Virus record (IMG/VR): IMGVR_UViG_3300009093_000035 | Span: 1 to 64,000 of that record | Strand: one strand, 5' to 3' | Length of the DNA stretch: 64,000 nt | Shown here: in pieces, positions 1-8,032 of the stretch | Numbering within the stretch: the first letter of the stretch is position 1 | Layout: every line of letters begins with the position of its first letter | Program-made: the position numbers and the translations under genes | The notes under the pieces: generated by a model | Told to the model about the DNA's origin: nothing | The model's input: only the letters and a program-made list of their open reading frames with translations | Database searches by the model: none

Positions 1-399
1 CCGGACATCGACCGGTGGTACGTCGAGAAGGTCCTTCCGAGCGTCGTAGACGGGACCCGAAGTATCCTCACCGAGAGGACTCCAAAGGGAGAGATCCTCG
101 GCGTCGCGATCACGAAGAACGGAGCCCACTCGAAGCTCTGCCACTTCTCGGTCGCCGAGGAGGCTCGCGGTTCTGGGGTCGGGGAGACCCTCCTTCGAAG
201 AGCCGTGGAGGCGATGACCTCGGGAGGAGCCCGAGACATCCACCTCACGATCGGAGAAGAGGCCGCCTCTCAGTACAAGGGCTTCTTCACTCGGTATGGG
301 TTCGAGGAGAAGGGTCACGCGGGCTCTCGCTATCGTCGTGGGGTCGACGAGCTGGTCTGGAGAGTGAACCCGGAGACTCTTCTCCACCGCCTCGGCTAG
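1..399 (+). CDS. GNAT-family N-acetyltransferase (5' truncated by window)
   Basis: Frame 1 is open from base 1: ...KLCHFSVAEEARGSGVGETLLRRA...FFTRYGF. Contains the R-G-x-G-x-G acetyl-CoA motif A and the C-terminal F..x.GF motif. Confidence 0.75.
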   Translation, partial: PDIDRWYVEKVLPSVVDGTRSILTERTPKGEILGVAITKNGAHSKLCHFSVAEEARGSGVGETLLRRAVEAMTSGGARDIHLTIGEEAASQYKGFFTRYGFEEKGHAGSRYRRGVDELVWRVNPETLLHRLG

Positions 400-635
400 T
401 GTCTGGAGTTCTCTACGAACAATTCGTTCAAGAGGACCACATCCCCGTTCGCTCGAAGAAGCTGAACGGAACCTCCCTGGCTCACCTCGGAAGCCAACGT
501 ATGAGCCATGGAGAGGACGCGACCGAACATCTCCAAATCGGTCTTCACCTTCAAGCAGTCGCGAAGGTAAAGCATCTTCTTCCTGGCGGAAGCGGACAGC
601 CGGAAGTTCACTTCCAATTCTGATTCTTCGTCCAT
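396..635 (-). CDS. hypothetical protein
   Basis: 79-aa ORF with GGCGTAA motif 7 nt upstream; abuts the neighbouring gene. Confidence 0.5.
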   Translation of the reverse strand: MDEESELEVNFRLSASARKKMLYLRDCLKVKTDLEMFGRVLSMAHTLASEVSQGGSVQLLRANGDVVLLNELFVENSRH

Positions 636-648
636 AGGCTCGTTACGC

Positions 649-891
649 CTAGAGTTTCCGGACGCGGGCGTACTGAAGGTTCCGGGCCATCGCCGACCAA
701 TGACGGAGGAGATGCTCCTCGGCTTGACCCTTGAGGCTAGGATCGAACGAGACGATGTAGGCGCACTTCGCCTCGTTTCGAGTCGCGAAAACCCCGAAGT
801 CCGGGTGGAGGACCCAATCGAAGGTCGTAGCTCCGCCGTCGTAGGCGGTCGCTCGCTTCCTAGGGACGCGCTTTTCTACGATCCACATCAA
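649..891 (-). CDS. hypothetical protein
   Basis: 80 aa; 4-nt overlap with the upstream ORF 888-1307. Confidence 0.5.
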   Translation of the reverse strand: MMWIVEKRVPRKRATAYDGGATTFDWVLHPDFGVFATRNEAKCAYIVSFDPSLKGQAEEHLLRHWSAMARNLQYARVRKL

Positions 892-1307
892 TTGGACGCG
901 CTGGGCGGCAGTCCCCGAGGAAGGACTCCGCGAGCACGCCCCTCGTACTGGGGCATGATGTCGGGGAGCTTCTCGCAGAACCCGTCTTCACACCCGTGGG
1001 CGCAGCAGTCGTCGCACGCAGGACTCGTCTGGGCGTCGTTGTCATAGCACCCGATACAGACGGCCCTACGAGCTTCCGGACAGTGAGCGCAGTAGAGTGG
1101 CGTCGTCAGCGCCATCTCCTTGAAGGCTTCTTGTCGCCCCGAGTCCAAAGCCTCGGCGACCGCCTCCATCAAGTCCTCGGGGAACTGAGCCTCTTTCAAA
1201 AGAGCCTCGAAGTGCTTCTCGAACTTCTCCTGATTCGTGGACTCGCTGGTGTCCTCTCTCGTGAGTCGAAACGCTTCGCGACTGAGATCGATCAGGTCCG
1301 AGATCAT
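888..1307 (-). CDS. hypothetical protein with Cys-rich C-terminus
   Basis: CAHC, CIGC and CDDCCAHGC clusters; coupled to 649-891. Confidence 0.55.
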   Translation of the reverse strand: MISDLIDLSREAFRLTREDTSESTNQEKFEKHFEALLKEAQFPEDLMEAVAEALDSGRQEAFKEMALTTPLYCAHCPEARRAVCIGCYDNDAQTSPACDDCCAHGCEDGFCEKLPDIMPQYEGRARGVLPRGLPPSASN

Positions 1308-1345
1308 CTTCCGTTCTTACCCTTCCCCAGCGTAAGTAGCGAGGG

Positions 1346-2161
1346 ATGCCTTACCAGAAACCGGGTGTGACGCTCATTCCGATCGCTCGGAACCGAAAAC
1401 TCGCCCCGGTTCGAGAGACCCGAGCTTCGGCGGGATGGATGAGGTTCGAGGCTCTCGGACCTTACGTCTCCGCTACATACGTCAGCATCCAGAGCACATG
1501 TAGAGACACCTGTCGGTTCAAGAACGGGAACGGGTGCTTCGCCGAAGCCGGGTACATGGGCCCCCTCGTCCGTCAGCTGGACCGAGCCTCGGAAGATCTG
1601 GAGCCCTCGGAGGTCTCGGCGAACGAGGCCGCCCTCTTGGACGAGTTCGGCCCGGTCCCCCAGGACGGCGGGAAGTACGGGAAGTCCGGGCGGGACCTCC
1701 GCCTCCATATCAGCGGGGACGCCTTCGACGAAAAGAGCGCTTCCCTCCTCGCCGGAGCCGCTAGGAGGTGGCGGGAGCGCGGGGGCGGGGTCGTCTGGGC
1801 CTATACCCACTCCTGGGCTTCTATCCCGATCTCGGCCTGGGGAGACATCCAGGTCCTGGCCTCCTGCGAGACTCCCTCCGACGTCGCCCGGGCTCGGGGG
1901 CTCGGGTACGCCCCGGCCCTCGTCGTCCGGGACTTCAACGGGGCCCGTCGGGCGTATCCGGTCCCGGAGATCGAAGGGAGAGTAATCCCCTGTCCGGCGG
2001 AGACTCACGATACGACTTGCGTCCAATGCCGGCTCTGCTTCGATGTCGAGAACCTTCGGAAGCGGAAGTTCGTGATCGGCTTCTCCGCTCACGGTCGGGA
2101 TGACGAGAAAGCTCGACGGCGCCTCCCCATCTTGAACTCTCTCTTCGGGAACATCTCATGA
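1346..2161 (+). CDS. GP88-like Cys-rich phage protein (putative Fe-S/metal-binding)
   Basis: TCxxxCxFxxxxGCFA, LRLHISGD, WAYTH and CPAxxxxxxCxxCxxC motifs resemble the phage gp88-like family. Confidence 0.6.
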   Translation: MPYQKPGVTLIPIARNRKLAPVRETRASAGWMRFEALGPYVSATYVSIQSTCRDTCRFKNGNGCFAEAGYMGPLVRQLDRASEDLEPSEVSANEAALLDEFGPVPQDGGKYGKSGRDLRLHISGDAFDEKSASLLAGAARRWRERGGGVVWAYTHSWASIPISAWGDIQVLASCETPSDVARARGLGYAPALVVRDFNGARRAYPVPEIEGRVIPCPAETHDTTCVQCRLCFDVENLRKRKFVIGFSAHGRDDEKARRRLPILNSLFGNIS

Positions 2162-2379
2162 TCGCCAGAAAGAAGATCCCGTGTCTCTGCACCTCCTGCG
2201 GGAAGGAAGGACAGGGAGATCCAATCTTGGACATGAACGGGGACGTCATGGCGATCGGGTACCCTCCCTACTGGAAGATCCTCCGGAAGGGTTGGGATCC
2301 CCTCCCGTCGAACCTTCAGGAGAAAGAGGGGGAACGCTTCCCCGTCTGCCCCGACTGCGTTCCTCCGGGGACCGTATGA
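2158..2379 (+). CDS. small CxxC...CxxC zinc-ribbon protein
   Basis: CTSC and CPDC; ATGA overlaps on both sides. Confidence 0.55.
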   Translation: MIARKKIPCLCTSCGKEGQGDPILDMNGDVMAIGYPPYWKILRKGWDPLPSNLQEKEGERFPVCPDCVPPGTV

Positions 2380-2897
2380 CGGTCTGCGTCTATGCCGGGA
2401 CCTTCGACCCGTTCACCCGCGGCCACTTCAGCGTCGTCCTTCAGGGGTGCCGCCTCTTCTCTCACGTTCGGATCCTCGTCGCGAACAACCCCGCGAAGGT
2501 GACGACCTTCACCCACGTCGAGCGAGTGGAGCTGATCAAGAGCTACATCTCCAAGATGCCTCACGTCTCGGTAGACTCGACCTCGGACTACGTCGTCCGC
2601 TACGCCGAGGGGATCGGAGCTTCGGTCCTGATCCGCGGAATCCGGAACGAGACCGACGCGAAGGATGAGATGGCCCTCGCCGTCGAGAACTCGAAGCTCT
2701 GCCCTCGGGTCCAGACGGTCCTCCTCCCGGCTGATCTCGCCGTTTCGGACGTCAGCAGCACCGCAATCAAGAAGAAGATCGAGACCGCCGCGGACTACGC
2801 GGAGATGAAAGACCTCCTCACGGTCGAAACCTATCTCGCTCTGATCAACCATCGCGAGCGAGTCGCCGAGATGCGCAGCCGAGGTCACCTCAAATGA
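2376..2897 (+). CDS. coaD: phosphopantetheine adenylyltransferase
   Basis: MTVCVYAGTFDPFTRGH, NPAK..F...ERV, LIRGIR...D...E and VSST. Start at ATG 2376 overlaps the previous stop. Confidence 0.9.
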   Translation: MTVCVYAGTFDPFTRGHFSVVLQGCRLFSHVRILVANNPAKVTTFTHVERVELIKSYISKMPHVSVDSTSDYVVRYAEGIGASVLIRGIRNETDAKDEMALAVENSKLCPRVQTVLLPADLAVSDVSSTAIKKKIETAADYAEMKDLLTVETYLALINHRERVAEMRSRGHLK

Positions 2898-3175
2898 GTC
2901 TCTCTGAAAAACTGAAGCCACTCTACCACAAAGGATTCACGACTCGCTTCGAGGTCGACGAGAGGGAACTTCGACCTCGAATCCGAATTATCGTCTCCTT
3001 CCCGAACAACAAGGAGTGGTTCGACGAGTGGATCTGCTACCACCACGGGGAAAGCACGGAGCCCGAATACATCCTGAACGCCGTTAGGTTCCGGATCGAC
3101 GCGATGATCGACCAAGCCCGCCGTATCGTCGAAACGGCCGACGCTTCCGTCATCCCCGACCTATTCAATTTCTGA
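2894..3175 (+). CDS. hypothetical protein
   Basis: 93 aa; ATGA-coupled to coaD. Confidence 0.55.
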   Translation: MSLSEKLKPLYHKGFTTRFEVDERELRPRIRIIVSFPNNKEWFDEWICYHHGESTEPEYILNAVRFRIDAMIDQARRIVETADASVIPDLFNF

Positions 3176-3178
3176 ACC

Positions 3179-3472
3179 ATGAAGTACGTCCGAACCCGCG
3201 AGCACCACTACGGCACCTTCCACCCCAACTTCCCGAAGTTCACCGTCGGAGCGAGGGTGAAGGTCGTGCTGGGGAAGTACGATCGAGAGTTCGAGGCCGA
3301 AGTCTGCGGTCCGATCCGTCGGTCGGAGATCGGTTCGGGGAAGATGGTCTACGCGTGGAGCGTCTTGGTGAGGGTAGAGGGCGAGAAGGAACTCCGAGAG
3401 ATCGACCCCCAAAGGGTCACCTCAGTTCTTTTCACCCCGCCCATCCCGAAAAAGCGTAAAGTAGCTCCGTGA
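3179..3472 (+). CDS. hypothetical protein (possible SH3-like barrel)
   Basis: FTVGARVKV... pattern; operon context. Confidence 0.5.
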   Translation: MKYVRTREHHYGTFHPNFPKFTVGARVKVVLGKYDREFEAEVCGPIRRSEIGSGKMVYAWSVLVRVEGEKELREIDPQRVTSVLFTPPIPKKRKVAP

Positions 3473-3696
3473 TCGTTACGAGCCCGCGCTGGAAGGACGA
3501 GGAGCTGAAGCCGGAGGACGCCTTGCGTCAGGCGATCGGCTATTCTCTCATCACCAGCATCCATCGGAACGGGCCTCGTGGGATTCCCGGACAGATCATC
3601 GGTCGGATGCCGGAGAGAGTGCGTAAGGCGCTCTCCGAGCTTCGTTCTGAAGACATCCAGGACGTTCGCGCCTTCGACACCCAGAACTTCGGATGA
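3469..3696 (+). CDS. hypothetical protein
   Basis: GTG start overlapping the previous stop; GCGTAA upstream. Confidence 0.45.
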   Translation: MIVTSPRWKDEELKPEDALRQAIGYSLITSIHRNGPRGIPGQIIGRMPERVRKALSELRSEDIQDVRAFDTQNFG

Positions 3697-3770
3697 CGAA
3701 GCTCTAGCCGAGCTTCCGGTCTGATTTGTAGTGACGTTCGGTCGCTATGTCTTCTGGTTGAGGGACGAAC

Positions 3771-3992
3771 ATGGACAAGAACTGTTCCTGCGGGCGTGAG
3801 CTAGCCTTTGGTGAAGAGAAGATCGACGCAGAGGGTGGTCGTCGGATCGCGGCCAATTGCCCATGCGGGATTCTCTACGTCCGCGAGATGAGGCCAGCTC
3901 GTATCGAGTTCATCTCCATGACCTTCCACATCGATTCGAAGACGAAGGACGGGCTTACGGCCTTCGACATCTCAATGGAGCCTCGTAAATAA
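3771..3992 (+). CDS. small Cys-containing hypothetical protein
   Basis: CSCG and CPCG; GAGGG RBS. Confidence 0.5.
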   Translation: MDKNCSCGRELAFGEEKIDAEGGRRIAANCPCGILYVREMRPARIEFISMTFHIDSKTKDGLTAFDISMEPRK

Positions 3993-4065
3993 CCTGTAAT
4001 ACGAGCGCATCGACCCCATCATTTCGAGTGGGCATTTACGAATATTTCAGGATACGGAGGATGTC

Positions 4066-4753
4066 ATGGAAAGCGTGATCGTAGAGATTCGAGCTGGAGA
4101 AGGCGGAGATGACGCGAAGCTTCTGGTGAAGGAGCAGTTCGTTGTGTATGTGCGCCTGATCGAGCGGAGGGGTCTTTGACTGCTTCATCGTAGACGAGCG
4201 CCCCGGCTTCCTCTCGTTCCAAGTGAGCGGGAAGGTGGCACGCTCGACCTTCTCTCAGGAATCCGGAGGGCACCGCTGGCAGCGCGTACCTCCGAACGAG
4301 AAGAGGGGACGAGTCCAGACCTCGACCGTCACTGTAGCGGTCCTCGACGAACCGAAGGAGTCGGAGCTTCGGATCGAGGAGAGAGACATCGAGTGGCAGA
4401 CCTGTCGCGGTAGCGGAGCCGGTGGTCAGCACCGGAACGTCACCAACTCGGCCGTCCAGATGACCCACCTCCCTACCGGGATCCGAGTCCGCGTCGAGAA
4501 CGAGCGCTCCCAGCACCAGAACCGAGAGACAGCCCTCCGGGTCCTACGAGCCCGCGTACACGAAGCGCGGACGTCGGCGGCTACCTCGGCTCGGGAAGAC
4601 TCCCGACGGGCGCAGGTGGGCTCGGGGATGCGAGGGGACAAGGTCCGGACGATCCGCGCTCAGGACGGCCAAGTCACGGACCACCGACCGAACGGCGGTC
4701 AGATCCGGTACAAGGACTACATCCGCGGGAACTGGGAAGGCCTTCTGAGATAA
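4066..4753 (+). CDS. class I peptide chain release factor-like protein (RF1-like, no domain 1), expressed through a programmed +1 frameshift, 228 aa
   Basis: ORF1 4066-4179 (MESVIVEIRAGEGGDDAKLL...RRGL*) has a GGAGG RBS. The +1 frame from GAC 4178 continues DCFIVDERPG...ESGGHRWQRVPPNEKRGRVQTSTVTVAV...SGAGGQHRN...THLPTG...ERSQHQN to TAA 4751-4753. Confidence 0.92.
4166..4180 (+). promoter_or_regulatory. prfB-type +1 ribosomal frameshift cassette (internal SD, 3-nt spacer, CTT TGA C)
   Basis: GGAGG (4166-4170), GGT, CTT (4174-4176), TGA (4177-4179), C. Same geometry as the RF2 AGGGGG-UAU-CUU-UGA-C site. Confidence 0.9.
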
Positions 4754-4757
4754 GGAA

Positions 4758-5876
4758 TCAGGGCGTAGTCCCCACCCAGCCGCAGTACTGAGGGTAGATC
4801 GCGGCTGCCATGGCCGGCCCCTCGCTCGCGTTTGGGTGTAGACCGTCCGACTTCGCCAACGTCATCCCAGCGAACGTATGGTCTGCGATCACATTCTGAC
4901 CGCCGCTGACCGCCGTCGCGATCACGCCGGGGAGGTAATTTGCGTTCCAGTCAAGCACTTGAGCCGTAATCGGCGCACTCGCCGAGTACTGGAGCAGGTC
5001 CATCGCGATGACCTTGGCTTGCGGCATCTTGCTCTTGATGTCCGCCAACAAGGCTGCGTATCTCACGGCCAGCTGAGCGTTCGTCTGGCCGTCGCTCACT
5101 ATGTCATTGATGCCGATCAGAAGCGGAATGACGTCCGGGACGAAACGAGTACCGAACGCATACGTCGCCGAATCGAGATTCGCCTGTAGCGTGACGGTCG
5201 TTAGGCCACCACCGGCCAAACAACGATCTCTCGCGAAGGGTGTGAACGCTGGCTTCAGCGGTCCGACAGGACGAAACGGAGCGCCTCCGTCGGGCCGCGC
5301 GTCGATTGTGGCTTGAGTAAGACCGCGCCACTGAGCGATGTTGCCGGCTTGGGCGGTAATCGAATCGCCCATGAAGCAGACTTCTTTCGCCCCAGCGTAG
5401 CTGCTCGTCCCCCACTTCGTAGCGACGTACGCCTTAGCCTGAGATAGCTCCGTAGGAGAGGGCGCCGTCTTGCGCATGAAGATACAACCGAGCGCGACGT
5501 TAGCGCAAACCGTGCCGGTGTATCCTGCACCGACGAAACCCGTGTTGGTCAGCGCTGAGAGTACAGATGGCGTGCCAGTGTGTTCCTTATCGTTGTCGAC
5601 GCTGACGTAGGCTACGCCGCCGACGATACGGCAATGCACAGCGTACGATCGACCGTCTGCGTAGAGCGGGGCGAAGCCGGTAATGCCATAGGGCGTCGAG
5701 CCCGTACCGAGGTCGGCGCCAGACTGAGTCACCTGAACCATGTACGGTGCGGCGCTGCCGGCGCTAACGATGCCGGGGGAGCTGTAGTACGAGGTCGGGG
5801 TGGGGTCGGCGGGAAGCGCGACCGGCGTCACGACGACGATCCACCAACCCTCTGTAGTGGTTACGACAGAGGAGGC
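4758..5876 (-). CDS. 3' part of SGNH/GDSL esterase tail-associated protein B (5' end lies inside the inverted segment; 453 aa when reconstituted)
   Basis: FMGDSIT, LLIGIND and SDGLHP catalytic blocks. The frame reads ASSVVTTTEGWWIVVVTP from the junction at 5876. Confidence 0.8.
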   Translation of the reverse strand, partial: ASSVVTTTEGWWIVVVTPVALPADPTPTSYYSSPGIVSAGSAAPYMVQVTQSGADLGTGSTPYGITGFAPLYADGRSYAVHCRIVGGVAYVSVDNDKEHTGTPSVLSALTNTGFVGAGYTGTVCANVALGCIFMRKTAPSPTELSQAKAYVATKWGTSSYAGAKEVCFMGDSITAQAGNIAQWRGLTQATIDARPDGGAPFRPVGPLKPAFTPFARDRCLAGGGLTTVTLQANLDSATYAFGTRFVPDVIPLLIGINDIVSDGQTNAQLAVRYAALLADIKSKMPQAKVIAMDLLQYSASAPITAQVLDWNANYLPGVIATAVSGGQNVIADHTFAGMTLAKSDGLHPNASEGPAMAAAIYPQYCGWVGTTP

Positions 5877-6199
5877 AGCGGAGCCGACATCGCTATCGGA
5901 AACGCCCGCTTCGCCGATATCCCCTCTTGGGTTGCGGCGGCTTGAAGGACTGACCCATGGGTTTTCGAGCTTCTCAGGCGGGAGGGAGGTCCAGAGGACT
6001 AGCGTCTCTGGATATCCTCAATCCTCAGCGTCTTCAAGATGAGCGTGGTATCACTATCAGCTCATGGCCCAATAACGGTAGTGCGGGCGGATCTAGCGCT
6101 CAGGGAACTGCGGCCAACCAGCCCACCGTCACTACTATCGGCGGCAAGGCTGCGCTCCTTTTCGACGGCAGCAACGACGTACTGGCCGACTCGTTCGCT
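5877..6199. other. 323-bp inverted segment carrying the 3' end of gene A and the 5' end of gene B
   Basis: The + strand encodes GADIAIGNARFADIPSWVAAA* (to 5945) and MGFRASQAGGR...FDGSNDVLADSFA (5957-6199) between minus-strand genes. Ends are AGCG (5877-5880) and CGCT (6196-6199); flipping restores both frames. Confidence 0.85.
5957..6199 (+). CDS. N-terminal 81 aa of SGNH tail protein B, in inverted orientation
   Basis: AAGGA RBS. MGFRASQAGGRS parallels gene A MPFRAAISGGRA. SSWPNNG...QGTAANQPT...LLFDGSND is typical tail lectin-like sequence. Confidence 0.75.
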
Positions 6200-7987
6200 C
6201 GGCTGAGACGGGTGGATCTGATCGCCCAGGAAGGTGATGAACGGGGAGATGTCGGCGGGGGTCGTACTACGAACGGCCTTGAACCCGGCGTTGTGGAGAG
6301 CCGTAACGATAGCCGGGTGACCCGCGTTGACCGCCGCGAAAGTAGCCGCGTTGGGGGAACCCGGGCAGATGTACAGGTCGTCTACGACGAACAGGGCCGT
6401 CGGGAAGAGGGCCGCCAGAGCCAACATGAAGGTCTGTTTGTCGGCGAGAACCGTCGCTGCTGAGTGACCGCTGACGATGACGTCATTCGTACCGATGTTG
6501 ACGATGATCACCAGCTTGCGGCGACCAACGGACCAGTCTCCCGGAAGGGCGCCCCACGAAGACCCGCTGAGGTACGTCGTGAGAGAAGAGATCGCGTTGC
6601 CGTTGTGGGCGAAGCACAGGTCCTGAGGGAAAGCGATCGCCGCCTCCGAAAGGGGTCCCACGGCATTGTAGATACGACCCGACACGGGTCCAGCGTCGAA
6701 GAGACCCTGGAGGTACTTCCTCCACTGGGCGATGTTGGCGGTACCCGAGCCGCCCGACGTGATCGAGTCTCCCCACCACATGAAGTCCACGGCGGAGGGG
6801 GTCGATACCGTCACGGACGGGATACCGATGGGTCCGATCCCGCGAGGATCCACCCGGCAATCGGCCTCATTCCCCGAACTTCCGTAGACGCCTCCGAGAC
6901 CGATGTTCGTAGCGGTCCAGGTCCACGGAGTTCCGGCGCTACCCGCGACTCCATTGACGCTTACGATCGCCGTAGCGGGATTCCAAGCAACCACCCCTAG
7001 GAGAGCGTGGAACGTGAAGACGAGGTACCCGCTGGCCGCCTTCACGGTTCCGCCCTGAACGGCCTCGATTCGAACGCCCGTCCCGTCGTGTCGGAAACGG
7101 ATACCGTTGTTCGCGTCGTCGAACGTGACGAGCCAACGGATATCCCCGCTGAACATCTCAGTAGAGGCGAAGTTCGGAGAGACCTGGTAGAACTGAGCGG
7201 CCTTCGAGAGAATCAGGGGGTTGAAGGTAGAGACCGGCGCGACGTCTCGTCCTCGCGGATGACCCGCGGTCCCGTATTGGTTGGTGTTGCGGATCGCGCT
7301 CGTGGGATAGTTCCCCGGCTCGCTGCTCACGAAGTCGTAGACGCCGTCTCGAACGCCTGCGGTGAGACCACCGTGCCCACTCAGGTCATCGTTCTCCGAG
7401 AGCATCATCTGGGACTCGCCGCCGTTCGCGGCTACGCGAACCCGGTAACGACGCCACGTCTCGGTAAGGACGGTTTCACCCTGGCTGGTCTGATTCCCCG
7501 CGGGACCGCCGGTGTACAGATTGATACAGGCCGGACCCGTACCTCCGATACTAGCTCTCGCCCAGGCGCTTCCAGCCATTGGGGCGCTGAGAGCCGCCAC
7601 GTTTACGTTCTGGCGCCAACGGAGAGTCGCGTCCCCAGCAGTCTGAACGCGAGTAGCCTTTCGACCATCCGGGCCTTCCACGTAAGAGCCCGTGACCGTA
7701 ACGCCACCTTGGTTCGACCAAGGCGATAGAGTGATGTCACGGGAGTGACCCGTTTGACTGGTCGTACCGCGTTCGAGGAGTAGCATCTTCCCTGCCCCGT
7801 CGTTCCGGTCTTCATACCGGGGAACGTTGGACGCGGCGAAGTCCATGAACGAAGTGGACACGCCCGTAGAAGGCGAGGTCGTCAGGAACGTACCCTCAGT
7901 GGTACGTGTGAAGGGGATCTGAGAGAAATCCACGAACGGTGTCGGGGTCGACGCCCGTCCTCCACTAATGGCTGCTCTGAAAGGCAT
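6062..7987 (-). CDS. SGNH/GDSL esterase tail-associated protein A (last ~44 aa derive from the inverted segment; 618 aa when reconstituted)
   Basis: N-terminal phage spike-like region (FTRTTEGT...PRYED...LLLE), then WGDSIT, IVNIGTND and GDQIHP. Confidence 0.8.
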   Translation of the reverse strand: MPFRAAISGGRASTPTPFVDFSQIPFTRTTEGTFLTTSPSTGVSTSFMDFAASNVPRYEDRNDGAGKMLLLERGTTSQTGHSRDITLSPWSNQGGVTVTGSYVEGPDGRKATRVQTAGDATLRWRQNVNVAALSAPMAGSAWARASIGGTGPACINLYTGGPAGNQTSQGETVLTETWRRYRVRVAANGGESQMMLSENDDLSGHGGLTAGVRDGVYDFVSSEPGNYPTSAIRNTNQYGTAGHPRGRDVAPVSTFNPLILSKAAQFYQVSPNFASTEMFSGDIRWLVTFDDANNGIRFRHDGTGVRIEAVQGGTVKAASGYLVFTFHALLGVVAWNPATAIVSVNGVAGSAGTPWTWTATNIGLGGVYGSSGNEADCRVDPRGIGPIGIPSVTVSTPSAVDFMWWGDSITSGGSGTANIAQWRKYLQGLFDAGPVSGRIYNAVGPLSEAAIAFPQDLCFAHNGNAISSLTTYLSGSSWGALPGDWSVGRRKLVIIVNIGTNDVIVSGHSAATVLADKQTFMLALAALFPTALFVVDDLYICPGSPNAATFAAVNAGHPAIVTALHNAGFKAVRSTTPADISPFITFLGDQIHPSQPSERVGQYVVAAVEKERSLAADSSDGGLVGRSSLSARSARTTVIGP

Positions 7988-8032
7988 CTAGTCCCCTCTG
8001 ACAGCTTGAAAGAGTTTCCGGGGGGGTGCCAT
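7988..8032 (-). CDS. 14-aa mini-ORF MAPPRKLFQAVRGD, in frame with gene A and separated from it by a single TAG
   Basis: Truncated copy of the MA(P/S)PRKLFQA leader of 8068-8538 and 33102-34541. TAG (7990-7988) is directly followed by ATG (7987). Confidence 0.55.
   Translation of the reverse strand: MAPPRKLFQAVRGD

Noticed and set aside
3697-4065. tRNA or structured ncRNA in the lower-GC gaps before the release factor
   Set aside because: Only short hairpins (3698-3716, 3730-3748); no cloverleaf or T-loop consensus seen by eye. An Infernal/tRNAscan run would be decisive.
4223-4753. Release factor starting at GTG 4223, or a simple pseudogene
   Set aside because: No RBS at 4223. The conserved EIRAGxGG motif lies in the upstream frame and the break falls exactly on a canonical SD-NNN-CTT-TGA-C cassette.
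5882-6204. 6-bp inverted repeat AGCCGA/TCGGCT as the inversion crossover
   Set aside because: Flipping there leaves both genes out of frame; only the AGCG/CGCT junction restores both.
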